A DNA stretch of 64,000 nt from Octopus sinensis. Lineage: Eukaryota. Positions 40,014-52,949 of the stretch are shown one piece after another (the stretch's first letter is position 1; every line of letters starts with the position of its first letter). Made by a program: the position numbers and the translations under genes. The notes under the pieces were generated by a model, which was not told the origin of the DNA, made no database searches, and saw nothing but the letters and a program-made list of their open reading frames with translations. The stretch is from NCBI RefSeq assembly GCF_006345805.1, contig NC_043015.1, forward strand, positions 37,944,001 to 38,008,000, given 5' to 3'.

Positions 40014-42317
40014 TATGTGTGTATGTGTTTGTCCCTCAAACATTGCTTGACAACTGATGCTGTTCTGTTTACATCCCCGTAACTTAGCAGTTTGGTGAAA
40101 GAGACTGATAGAATAAGTATTAGGCTTACAAAGAATAAATCCTGGTGTTGATTTGCTTGAGTAAAGGAGTATATGCTCCAAACACCATAACTTTGTCTCT
40201 GGCAATGACAATGCTGTAATGATAATGTGTTTCATAATATCTTCTGGATTTTCTTTCAACCTATTTGAATGATAGAAGGAAGCTTGAGAATTAATCCTAA
40301 TAAGGAAGTCTTTGATTGACTCATTTACCAGTTGCTTCAGTCCCAATAATTTTAATCTGTCAGCACTTAACAGTCTTTCTTTCAGCTTTATTAGTTGCTG
40401 TAACACATTCATTATTTGTTGGTGTATTGCATTCTGAAGGCTTACCGGGAAAGGAACATCCTTTAAGTTTATTATGACTTCAACTCCACAGGTAGAAAGA
40501 TATGTTGGCTTCTTTTTGACATCTTCAACATCATCAGAATCAATTTTTGCTTTGAACTGTTTCAGACAGGCATAAGCTTCTTCTAAGTTGTTCAAGTTTA
40601 GATGTTTTCCGGTTGTCATGTTTATCCCAAAGAATTGTATTTCATTCTTATAGGACATATGTTGAATATTCATAACTGCAAGTTATACAGCTCACTTTTC
40701 AAGAACCACATTCTACTTTTCTTGTGTGTATAGTAGTTATTCCCCTTTTATGGTTGCCAGCTTTTTCATCTCTCATTTCATGATTTTTACATGGTTGCAC
40801 AAGACTAACTTTGAGAGTTCTATATACATATCAGGATACCAAATCAGCAACTCAATGCAACTATGGTATATTCTTCTAAATATTTTTTGCTGTTTTCAGA
40901 TCTGGTGGTGCACTCGCAATGGATACAGTAAATGCCTGTCAGTAAGAACAGGGAAATGGCTGGAAGGCTATATTATTATTTAATATGTCCTTCATTTTTA
41001 AAATGTTAGAGCATAGTGAGATGGAGATTTGGCTGTTATTTCAAGCAAATGGAACAACATCACAGAGATTACCTCATTGGCACATTTGCTGATGTATATA
41101 AATAAACCATAACTGTAAGAAATGGATCTTCATCTGTTTCTAGGATGATCATTCCATTCGTATGATCAACTGAACTGGTTACACATTCAACTGATACTTA
41201 TTTTATTAACCCTGAAAGGATGAAAGGTAAAGTCAACATAGGTGGGATTTGAACTCAGAATGTAAAGCATTTTGACTAGTGTGCTAATGATTCTGTCAGC
41301 TTGTAGTCTTATGGTTGCACAATATTTTAACATATAACTGGTTGAGTATACTATAGCACACATGTACCCACAACATAATTGATAAATAGAATCAGTACAA
41401 CCCAGTGTGACATGGCTAGGCCTTTTAATTATAGGTCCAGGATCTAATTATAGTGTAATGTAGTTGAGTATTCCATAGATATATGTGGCCTTAATGTTAT
41501 TCTGGGACAGAATCAGTGTGATACATGATAAAATACACCATTTGCTGAATAAATTATGGAAAGTCACAACAAAATTAAACTATATATCAAATGAATAATT
41601 TTATTGACAGGGAGCAGTGGGGAGCTGTGGGTCACAGACTTCTTCATTCCTCCTTATTGGTTACATATTTCATGTGAGACTAGGTTGGCTCTTTAAATTA
41701 CTTGTATTTCATTTAGCAGGGTTCCACACAGTTTCCTTTTAACTATTTTTACTCCCAATGCTTTGGCCAGCTGATATAACTATCAAGTATCTCACAGACT
41801 TGCTCCATCCTCTGATGTCCAGACATTCTATTTTCCCTCTCTCTACCATTTCTTCTGCTATTATTTGGCTTCTACTCCTTTTTAGATGAAATAGTATGTT
41901 AAATTTTGCTTGTTTCTCCAATTTCTGTTAGTCTATTGAATATTTTCAGTGAGATTAGTGGTTAAGTTGGAGGGGGGGGGGTTACTTCCACTTTCTAGCA
42001 AGCTGGTGCATCGTGCACCCTCTAATATATTTATTGCCTTCACAGTGTTTACCGTTTACAAAATTAAATTAAGAAATTAGACAAAACAGAGAACTCAATT
42101 GAAAGAATTAAAAAGAAAAAAATGAAAAGAGAGGAACAGAATTATTGTATATCTGTTTTATGCTAATATCGCTTGCTACGACTAATGTTATTGTTGATAT
42201 TATTATCAATTATTTAGATTTGCTTCTGCTGATGATGATAATAATCTTAACAAGTATTCAGATAAAAATTTAATCATTTATATATATATATTATATATAT
42301 ATATATATATATATTAC

Positions 42318-44290
42318 GGAGATGTACTCGCATAGCAAGTAATTTGATCTGAGATCGTGTGCTGAAACGAAAACAATTGCAGCGTGGAAGGTGTTTATAA
42401 GCCATTTAAGAAACACACAAAAGCCGTTCTATTCACTTCAACATTTAAGTTTAATTTGTCAAAATATTTTCGTCGCTAAAATCCGCGACCTGTTCACTGA
42501 CAAAGTCCGTGCTGCATCTAAGAAAGTAACAGTTAGTTCGTCATATATATGTACGTATGTATGTGTGTATGTATGCATACATGTGTGTATGTATGTACGT
42601 ATGCATGTACGCACATACGCCTGTGTATGCATGTATGTATGTATGTATGTATGTATGTATGTATGTATGTGTGTGTATATGCACGCACATACACTCTATA
42701 AAACATAAAGCTATAAACCTGTAGCGATGGATGGATGTAGAGTGACCACTCATCACAAAGCTATCAAATTTCAACTTCCTACGGCCGAAGCTAGAGAGTG
42801 ATTTATGACGCTTACTCCCAAAACTATACCCTAAAATCTATTATCAGATTTTTATCTCTATATCACAGAACTATTGTTTTACTATTGTGCGTATGTATGT
42901 ATGTATGTGCGTATGTATGTATGTAGGTATGTATGTATGTATGTATGTATGTATGTATGTATGTATGTATGTATGTATGTATGTATGTATGTATGTATGT
43001 GTGTATGTATGTGTGTATGTACATACGTACGCATGTGCGTATGTATACGCGCTCGTGTGCATGTGCCCATGTATGTGTGTGCGTATGTACGTGTGTATGC
43101 CCATACGTAGGTATGTATGTATGTTTGTATTCATGTGCTACGTATGTATGTGAGTGTCTAGGAGAATGGGCAGATGTGTCTGTGAGAGTGTGTACATGTG
43201 TATGTGTATGTGAACGTATGTCCGTGTACTGGCATGTGTCCGTCCAAGTTGTGTACATGACTGTTACTTTGCTGAAGGTTGTATACATATTTACATATAT
43301 GTTTGTATAGACGCACACACACATATATATATGTGTGTGGGTGTGTGTTTGTTCCTCTCATTATCGTCTAACCGTGAATGGATACAACGCCTAGGTGCAA
43401 CTGTTCGTATCAAACAACGTCTGCTCATACCGTTGTATATAACTGCACATACGCGTTGCAACCCGTATGTAAGAACTACAGGTAAAAGGGAGAGAGAGAG
43501 AGGGGTGGTTATAGAATAATCCTTCTGAATGGGATCTGGATGTTATTCCATTCGGACTTTCGGTTGAGAGTAGGTTTGTATTCTTGTATACAAACAGCTT
43601 CTGTGACCTGTCTCAACATTGCATCGGATGATAGGATGTTCAACTTAAGCTCCCCTAAGGATCCCTTGTGACAGTCTACAGCATGTTGGTAGAAGATGGA
43701 GTTTGGCTTCCTTTCAATGTAGTTGTCCAGGTGTTCTTTGAACCCTATCATTGATGCTTCTAGAGGTCTCACCTATGTATGACTCTGGGTTAGTCGCGCA
43801 AGCTCCCTCCTGGCACTTAATCTGGTATACAGTGCCCTTGGTTTTACAATTTACATGTGGATTTGTCGAACATACTGCACAATTACTTTGACAGGTGATT
43901 CTATCAAATGGATATGATCTGCATAATGCCGATTTGATAGTCCTACCTGTCTTTTCTACAACTTTAACTTTTAGGCCCGTAGTGCGCAGGACTTTCTTGA
44001 ATGCCTTACTTAGCTCGTTCTTAGGTGTGGCGTCAACGAACATCACTCCGTGAAATCTCCTGTTATCGTACCAAGTAACGTTTCTCATCTTTTTGTTGGT
44101 GTCCCTCTCTAACCTATTCCAGAACTTGTTGCGGTACAGGGGGCATATACCGTTTTCGTCGTTCCTTAGAATGCGTTCGAATCTAGCTTTCGCTCCTTTG
44201 TACACCCTGACTCTATCGTCTTGTGTGTATCCGGAGCGTTGCATTCGGAATATGTATATAATGCAACATGCAGCGATTCATAACACAAGG
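42318..44290 (-). mobile_element. Penelope-like element 3' portion: GIY-YIG ORF remnant (43510-44244) plus terminal repeat with (CATA)n
   Basis: VYQIKC…YIGETSRS…R, then FKEHL…QHAVDCH…LRQVTEAVCI…LNRKSEW; downstream repeat shared with 10350-11212. Confidence 0.85.
42455..42504 (-). ncRNA. Non-canonical hammerhead-like motif (G3:C8 core) in the PLE terminal repeat
   Basis: Minus strand: TTTGTCA-GTGAACA-G-GTCGC-ggatttta-GCGAC-GAAA-AtaTT-T-TGACAAA. Confidence 0.35.
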
Positions 44291-44524
44291 AGTTCTTTTC
44301 TACTTGTAATATTCCAGAATTTTCCGTGTGTAGAACAAAAATTCGCAAAAAAATTTGTGAAAATTACAAAATTTAAAAAGGCTACATGGGATGTTTAAAG
44401 CAGAATTCTGCTCTTAGACATCTCAAATCACGTTGTGGTTCTGATCGGTCCAGATGAAAAAAAAAAAAAACATAATCCTATAAAAGGATTCAAACTCTTT
44501 TATGTTTCCTGAATAAAAAATGTA

Positions 44525-45324
44525 GGATCTTTTCCTTTTGAACGGCACTTTGTAACATAATTTCTAGGTAACTAAAAAGTTTTAAACTTCTTATACTGGT
44601 AGAATGTGTTAATAAGACATCATTTTCTCTTGGCTCTATTGAAAAAATTCTATAGGTTGTAAGATATTTTGTCTTTAATTTCGAGCATTTCAGCAATTTT
44701 AACCAATCGCTGACCTCTATTTAGGTAAATAACATTCTGTGCATAATGAATATGTCCCTCCTTTAAGAAACAGATTGGGTTTATTTACATTTGTGAAGAA
44801 AAAAAGATACCCTTCCCCAACCTCTAACCCTAAATGTAAAATAGATTGAAATGCAATAGATCGATACTGGGGCCATAATTATGGGTGACATTTTCATTTG
44901 ACACTACTAGAAAAAAATCCCTTTTTCCGTAGCGGTGTCATATGAAATTGTCACCCATAAATATAACCCTAGTATCGATCTATTGCATTTCAATCTATTT
45001 TAGATTTAGGGTTAGAGTTAGGGTTAGGGGTGGGGAAGGGTATCTTTTTTCTTCAAAAATGTAAATAAACCCAATCTGTTTCTTAAAGGAGGGACATATT
45101 CATTATGCACAGAATGTTATTTAACTAAATGGAGGTCAGCGATTGGTTAAAATTGCAGAAATGCTCGAAATTAAAGACGAAATATGTTACAACATATAGA
45201 ATTTTCTCAATAAAGCCAAGAAAAAATTATGTTTTATAAACACATTCTACCAGTATACGAAGTTTAAAAGTGTTTAGTTAACTAGAAATTGTGTTGAAAA
45301 GTGCCGTTCAAAAGGAAAAGATCC
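44525..45324. mobile_element. 800-bp fold-back: inverted dimer of the GGATCT-TIR MITE
   Basis: ~390-bp inverted arms around a few-nt spacer at ~44916-44921; ends GGATCTTTTCCTTTTGAACGGCAC / GTGCCGTTCAAAAGGAAAAGATCC; internal TTAGGG-like repeats. Confidence 0.9.
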
Positions 45325-45559
45325 AAAACGTATTTCCATATCATAAAAACGTAACTTTATGATGTATCAACATTTATATCACAAATTTACTACATTGAAA
45401 CCTTACGACGCATCGAGACATGTAACAAACCGGAAGTAGAATTGAAAGATGGTAAAAATTGTGTATGGATGAACAATCAGGTAAGAAATAGTTCCATACA
45501 AAAACTAATCAGTTTAGTGTTTTTTCAAAAATCCTTATGAAATACTCTTTCATACTCTT

Positions 45560-45755
45560 TTACTCTTTTACTTGTTTCAGTCATTTGACTGCGGCCATGC
45601 TGGAGCACCGCCTTTAGTCGATCAAATCGACCCCGGAACTTATTCTTTGTAAGCCCAGTACTTATTCTATCGGTCTCTTTTGCCGAACTGCTAAGTGGCG
45701 GGGACGTAGACACACCAGCATCGGTTGTCAAGCAATGCTAGGGGGACAAACACAA

Positions 45756-45786
<31 letters not shown>

Positions 45787-45940
45787 CATATATACGACAG
45801 GCTTCTTTCAGTTTCCGTCTACCAAATCCACTCACAAGGCATTGGTCGGCCCGGGGCTATAGCAGAAGACACTTGCCCAAGATGCCACGCAGTGGGACTG
45901 AACCCGCAACCATGTGGTTGGTTAGCAAGCTACTTACCAA
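45560..45940 (-). mobile_element. SINE family A, full length
   Basis: Tail (rc of GGCGGTGCTCCAGCATGGCCGCAGTCAAATGACTGAAA), body, microsatellite and head in order. Confidence 0.9.
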
Positions 45941-47299
45941 AATAACTTATTTATTTTTTTATCTCTTCTCTTTTACTCGTTTCTCCCCCCCTGGACTCGA
46001 GCCATGTTGGGGTTCCGCTTTGAAAGGTTAGGTCAAACAGTTCTTTTTCGTTTTCTCCCAACCATTTACAGATTTTTCGATTCTTAATGAATGGTTTTCA
46101 GAGTTTTTACACGAATGTAGTTTAGCATTCATTTTTTTTTTCGAAAATAAATTATTATATACAAGATAGAAGCAATTAAAGTTTTTAGACAATGAAATGA
46201 GCTGTTTCTTTACAAGGGGTCGTAATTGATTCATATCATAGTTGCTATGGAAACAAACATCGTTGAAACTGAAAAGGGAAGTGCCTAAACTGAATGTTTT
46301 TTTTTTATTTAATAACACCAAACAAACAAACAAAATGAGAAGTTTTTTTTTTTTCGAATAAAAAGAAAGAATTTAATGAAAGTTATAACTAACAAAGAGG
46401 TTTAAGGCGATGTTTCGCTTGTCATAGCACAAGTTTCCGTCGATTTCCGTAAAAAACTTTTATTTTTTTACATAAGTAATGAGAGCGAAAGAGACTAAGA
46501 GGAAGCGATTTTATGACGAGGAAATTTCTCCTTGAAGTCCCCGTGTGTGTGTTTGATGGGGTGTGGGAGACAGACAGTATGTTGTGTAAGTGAAGTGCTT
46601 CTGTTAGTGTGTGTGAAGAGACAGAGTAATGTGTGAAAGAGAGAGATAACTGAAATTTTTTACTCGGTGTATGTGTATATGTATGTCTGCATGTATGTGT
46701 ATATGTATGTCTGCATGTATGTGTGTGTGTATGTATCTATGTATGTGTGTGTGTGTATGTATGTGTGCATGCATGTATGTATGTATGTATGTATGTATGT
46801 ATGTATGGCCGATTCAGTGTTTACTTTTTTTACGGAAATCGACGGAGGAAACCGACGGAAACGTGTGCTACGACAAGCGAAACATCGCCAGATTTTCTTT
46901 TCTTTCAAATAAGATTTTTTGTTTTTTATTAAAGCAAAATAATAAGGAAATAATATTTTCAACGTGCCGCTAGAAATAACAGACGAAATGAAACGAAAAT
47001 ACATGGACTGTCAATAAAAAACAACAATGATGAAATGAAACAAAATGTTATGAAATAAATGAAATTAAGGTATGCACTGCAATATTTTTGAGAACAAGTC
47101 TCGTTTTTATACAGGCGAAGCTACAAAAACTTAGAGTAATACAAATCTATTGTAGAACGATTAGTATCGCAGAGCTATTCTACAAGTTTACAAGCTCAAT
47201 GCTATATTTCACCATTCTAATACATAATTGGTACTCTGACATCTCAGTAACATTCGAGTATGTGTGTCACAGGTCACTGTAAATAGGTGTTCTCAGCAG

Positions 47300-47690
47300 A
47301 ATTGATTGCAGAATGTAATCTATGAGTGCACCACAAATTCAAGGGGGCACAGTGAAATATTCCTGATTTTCACAACACACATCACTGAAAACCCTCTGTT
47401 TAGGTAACAGTCGGACATTGGTTGTATTTTCTCCTTGAAAATAATGTTTCATCTTCTGAAGCAATTCTGCCAAGACCACCATTAATCTTCATTGGATTGA
47501 AGAGCAAATCTTCTGGGCAGATCTCCAGTAAGTAGTTTTTATAGATTACTACAAAAGTGATACCAGTTCCTAATTCCTCCTTACAAAACTCAGCAGCTGT
47601 CAATTCTTTCATCCACAGTAATATGAGTAAATAATGATACACTGGAGTTTCCATGACAACAAACAGTTTCGAATTCTGCAATGAGGACAC
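47300..47690 (-). mobile_element. Merlin/IS1595-like transposase fragment
   Basis: NYLLEIC…NPMKINGGLGRIASEDETLFSRRKYN (ORF 47400-47690), followed by RVFSDVC.EN.EYF; resembles the ISXO2-type 'IGG.G.IVEIDE..F.RRKYN..G…WVFG'. Confidence 0.6.
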
Positions 47691-48469
47691 TAGCTTAAAA
47701 CTGACTGTCTAAAAATACTATATCAAAAGTACATTTTTTGACAATTTCCTGATTAAGATTTGTGGCTGGAAGAAAACAAAAATAAATCCAATTTAAGCAA
47801 ATTCATCTTAGTACTTCATTTTTAAAATATGGTACATTCCTATTGTTTGTTTTTTTTTAGAATAAACTGCTAAGTTACAGGGATGTTAACAAGCCATCAA
47901 TTATCAAGCAGTGGAAGAAAAATTACAGAGACTCCTGAGACCTTTGATGATGTGTTTTGCTTGAGAGGAATCGTCAAGTCAAGTGAAATCATAGTTGTGT
48001 TGACTGGCACCCATGCTGGAGGCACATAAAGAACACCATTTGACCGTTGGGCCTCACGGAGGCAAGTGGCTGAATTCTTTTTGAGTGTTAGGTCTCATGA
48101 AGCCAAAGTGGCTAAGTTCCTTTCAAGTCTTTGGCATCATGGAGGCAATGACAGCTCTTTGGCATTATGTTGTCCTTGAGAAGCATACTCATCAACCTAT
48201 GTAAAATCACAGTCATGGCAGATACAGATGTCATGCAGACAGCACCTGTGCCAGTGACATGTAAAAGCCACCCATGTAACACAAATGGCATCCATGCTGG
48301 TGGTATGTAAAAGCACCCATTACTTGGTGGTAGGAAGGGCATCCAGCTGTAGAAAACCATTCCAAATAAGACTGAAGTCTGATGCAGCATGCTAGCCAGG
48401 TTAAACTGTCCAACCCATATATATATATATATATATATGTTTCCTACTCTGCCATACACTCTGCCACTG

Positions 48470-49557
48470 TAAGGTATTATGAGACAAGAAAGAATAACAG
48501 CATAGGTCAGTCATGTCATCCAAAAGTGACTTGTAAATCAAAGGATAAGTTCATCAGAGTCAACAGTCTTCAAAACAGGTGCCTGACATGAAATGAAATC
48601 ACTGCACAGGTAGGTGAAGCCAGCAACGCTAATGTGTCTCCTACAACTGTGGGGAAAAGACTCATTGCTGCCAGTCTAAATGGCCAGTGCATTCCCAGGA
48701 AGCCACTACTTCAATCTGCGAATAGACATAAGCGACTCATAATGGCCAAACAACACCAAACCTGGACAATTGATCAATAGAAATGATTTCTTTGGACTAA
48801 TGAATCAAAGCTTGAAATCTTCAGATAACAGCATAAAGTTTATGCAAGGTGAAGAATTGGTGAGCAAATGACTCCTAAGTGTATGGTTCCAACTGTAAAG
48901 CATGGTGGGGAAGTGTGATGATTTGGGAGGTGTTTTGCAGGCAATAGTGTTAGCGATATTCGCCAGGTAACAAATATATTGAACCAAAACGGGTATCACT
49001 CTATTCTCCAGTGTCATGCTATTCCATCAGGGACGAAGCTGATCAGTGATAATTTTATGCTGATGCAAGATAACGATCCTAAACATACTTCTAAGCTTTG
49101 CAAAAACCATTTACAGAAGAAAATAGATGAAAAAGTTGAGTGTAATGGAATGGCCAGTCCAATCCGCCAATTGCAACCCTATCGAAATTGTATGGGATGA
49201 ATTGGATCACAGTATCAAAAAGTGACAGCCAACTGGTGCAGAAACCCTCTGAAGACTATTAGAAAAAGGAGTGGCAGAATATTAATAGTGAATATTTGCT
49301 TACATTTGTCAAAAGAATGCCCAGTGTATGCTCCACAGTGATCAAGGCCAAGTGCGGATATTTCGATGAGTCTAAGATTTAGAGTTTTTCTCTGATTTTT
49401 CACAGCTTTGTTCAGTTGCTGAGTTAATTATGCCATCCAATAAATGTATCTATACATTAATAAAATATTTCAACGGAGTCTTTCAGTTATTTCCATAAGT
49501 ACAGAGTTTTTCAAAATAAGTTTAGGTGGTATTAAACTTTTGGATGGTAGTAGTAGT
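48470..49557 (+). mobile_element. Tc1-family transposon, decayed, right TIR retained
   Basis: DKFIRVNSLQNR; WTNESK; PTVKHGG; MQDNDPKH; NPIE.VWDELD; Tc1-type right end …AAACTTTTGGATGGTAGTAGTA. Confidence 0.85.
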
Positions 49558-50339
49558 ATGTGTGTGTATATATATATATATATTTTGTGACTGAGGGTAC
49601 TGAAGCAACTGTGTTGCAAGAAGCAAAATTTCATAACTCTTAATGATGTATGATGCACACAATATATATACACTGACAGAGGCGATGACTGCCTCATGAA
49701 CAACTCTAGAGATCATTGGACTATACTAGTTACACCTATCAGTTGTAGACTAGTCTAGTTCAATGATCACTCATCATTCATGGGGTGATTATCTGTCCTG
49801 TTAGTTTATATATTTTATGCACATCATAGAGCATTGAGAGTTTTTAACTCTTATTTCTTGCAATATAAATGCTTCGTCATCCTCACTCATAATGAGTGAA
49901 AAAGTTTTCCTTTATTGTTTTATTTTGTGCCTAGCTGTTTATATTAATTTTTAATATACACATTAGCATTTCGCTGAATCAGCCATTAAATAAAATAGTA
50001 AATATATGTATACTAGCAGTGCAATTTAGCCAAACCATAGAGTAATTGAGTAGTCACTGCTGACAAGTCTACAATTGATAGGTGAATCTAGTCTTGTCCA
50101 GTGATCTCTAGGCATTTATGGTGCAGTTAACTCCCCCATCAGTGTATATATATTATGTGCTTCATACAAGATTAAGAGTTTTTAACTCTTATTTCTTCCT
50201 TTATAGATAATTCAGCACCCTCAATTATGAATTAAAGTTTTCCTTTTTGGTTTTATATTACACGTAGCTGTTTACATATACACACATATATAGTCACTCA
50301 CATAATCAGGTTATTCAGTAACATGTAATACCCAGTAAC

Positions 50340-50780
50340 TGGGGTAGTGACATTGTTATTAGATACTACAAGGGTAAGGGGGATGTGTTACACAGAAGCA
50401 ATTATAAAGGCATCAACCTTCTGGGCCAGGTGAATACAATAATGGATAGAGTTATAACCCAATTAATTAGGAGCAGAATTAGACTAGATGAAATGCAGTT
50501 GTGTCTTTGTACCAGGAAGAAGTACTTCTGATGCTATTTTCATAATCTTAGCTAAGAATAAACCTAAGAATAATTACTTGGCATTTGTTGATCTACAGGA
50601 AACTTTTGATAGGAAGTATCCCCACTGTGTGGTATTGTTAGCACTGAGGAGGCTAGGGATAGATTAGTGGTTTGTCAAAGCTGTACAAATCTCATGTACA
50701 GAGATGCTGTTAATAAGGTAAGTGTTAACAAAAAGTATGATGAAAAATTTGAACTCTGCACCATACCACACAAGCATCTG
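50340..50780 (+). mobile_element. Highly decayed RTE RT fragment
   Basis: NYKGINLL, LDEMQ…RSTSDAIF and LAFVDL-like segments. Confidence 0.7.
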
Positions 50781-50822
50781 CTGTAGTCCTTGCATGAGCA
50801 CATTGCTTCCACTCGTATGTAT

Positions 50823-51088
50823 ATATATATATATATGAATTTTTATATATTTATAAATGTTCATGTATATGTTTCTGCCTATGGATAATAGTAACTAATT
50901 GTGCCTATATAAGTCAAGTGTATTGAGGTGGTAGGCAGTTGAAAATGAGGTACTTATATATATATATATGAATTTTTATATATTTATAAATGTTCATGTA
51001 TATGTTTCTGCCTATGGATAATAGTAACTAATTGTGCCTATATAAGTCAAGTGTATTGAGGTGGTAGGCAGTTGAAAATGAGGTACTT
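50823..51088. repeat. Perfect 133-bp tandem duplication bounded by (TA)n
   Basis: GAATTTTTAT at 50837 and 50970; the two units are identical by eye. Confidence 0.95.
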
Positions 51089-52949
51089 ATATATATATAT
51101 CCCTAGGCCTCGTCAGAGATTATAAAGTACAATCAAAAATATAAATATATATATGAAACAAGATACACACACAATTTAATATATATATAAATCATCATCA
51201 TCATCCACTTTCCATGCTAGCATGGGTTGGACATTTCAACTGGGGTCTGGGAAGCCAGGAGGCTGCACCAGGCCCAGTCTGATCTGGCAGTGTTTCTACA
51301 GCTGGATGCCCTTCCTAACGCCAACCACTCCATGAGTGTAGTGTGTATTTTTTACGTGCCACCAGCACAGGTGCCATGCGAGGCTGGCAACGGCCACAAT
51401 TGGTTGGTGCTTTTTACGTGCCACCAGCATGGAGGCTAGTCGAGGTGGCACTGGCAACGGCCACATTCGGATGGTATTTTTACGTGCCACTGGTACTGGT
51501 ATCACAACTGCATTTTCCATTGATTTTTGATCGATTTCGATTTCACTTGCCTCAACAGGTCTTCAGATGCAAAGTTTTGTGTCCCAAGAAGGAAAGGTAT
51601 GCATAAGTGGACTGGCTACATCTCAGGTAGAGGCCACAGGTTATGGTCTCACTTGTCCATATATATATATATAAATAAACATATTTATACACACATACAA
51701 GCATATAGACAATTATATATACTGGCGCATACATATACATCCATATCCATTAGTACACATATAATATTTAATTATTACTAATATTATTATTATTATTAAT
51801 AATAATATTAAATTCTGTGTATTCTTCACTTCACAATACATAGTATAAGAAATTCAAATATAGAATATACTATAATATAAACATATTTATGAAATATGTA
51901 ATCTTATTAATTTTAAAATCACAGTCAGTATATTCATATATCATACAGTTAATATAAAGTTATTACATTATTATTTGGCATACACATATGTACATGCGTG
52001 TGGGCAACAAATACATGCATATGCATATATATACATACGTACAAATATACACCAAAACCTATATGAAATTTTTTCTTTTCATCATAAGAACAATATACAT
52101 ACATATTACAACAAATTATTCATTATTTAATTTCAAAGAATAATACGTAATAAAAGTCCATATAATAAGAGATAAGCTAAGTGAGCCTTGTTATTCATTA
52201 TTTATTAATATTTTAGTGGTTTAATATATAGTAGCATGTAACAAAGCACCCACTACACTCACGGAGTGGTTGGCGTTAGGAAGGGCATCCAGCTGTAGAA
52301 ACACTGCCAGATCAGACTGGAGCCCGGTGCAGCCTCCTGGGTTCCCAGACACCGATCAAACCATGCTAGCAGGGAAATCGGACGTTAAACGATGATGATG
52401 ATATATATATATATATATTAATCTTTTGCTTAGGCATTGCACACATCTGTAGTTAGGCAGTAGCTATAAATGCAAGCGTAGCTGTGTGATATGAAGTTTA
52501 CCTCCCAAATACATAGTTCCAAGTACAGTCACACGGCATGGCACCGTGGACAAGTGCCTTCTACTTTTGTCTTGCGCTCACTAAAGACTTTTAAGTGGAT
52601 TTGGTAGATTGAAACAAACAGAAGCTTGTCGTATATGTATTTATAACTATTTGTGTATGTGAATCTTTGTGTTTAGGTTTGTCACTAAGCACCGCCTGAC
52701 CACTGGTGTTCGTTTCTTTTCAGCTCAGTAACTTATCGGTTCGGCAGAAGCCTCCGACTTAATAATTGCCAGGTTTAACAAAAAATATGTACAGGGGTCG
52801 ATTGTTTCTACTAAAACCCTACAAGGCAGTGCCCCAGCTTGGCCGCGGTCTAACGTCTGAATCAAGTGAAAGATATAAAACATTTATACGTGTGTGTGTG
52901 TGTGTGTATGTATAAAATTAAACGCCTCTATATAATTAAAACAAGAAGC

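Larger units (their letters stand above)
37915..40170 (+). mobile_element. SINE family A split at its central microsatellite (head 37915-38090, body 40020-40170)
   Basis: Head and body match the contiguous SINE copies at 874-1303 and 60033-60375. Confidence 0.75.
37050..40700 (-). mobile_element. Gypsy-type element (gag 40171-40673; zinc knuckle, protease and RT start 37050-37910) interrupted by a SINE and RTE insertions
   Basis: gag-like ORF 39999-40673; CNKCGKLGHF at ~37905-37875; protease-like IDMKVDNG; ARSVPVHLAKEVKDASKRLEMMG…ASPVVW (RT N-terminus). Confidence 0.7.

Noticed and set aside
39999-40673. 224-aa ORF as a host gene or domesticated gag
   Set aside because: Its C-terminus runs into a SINE and colinear decayed Gypsy pol lies downstream, so it is treated as a TE remnant.
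44820-45035. TTAGGG runs as a true interstitial telomere or fusion site
   Set aside because: Only 2-4 imperfect units, and they are an integral part of the MITE sequence also seen at ~23020.
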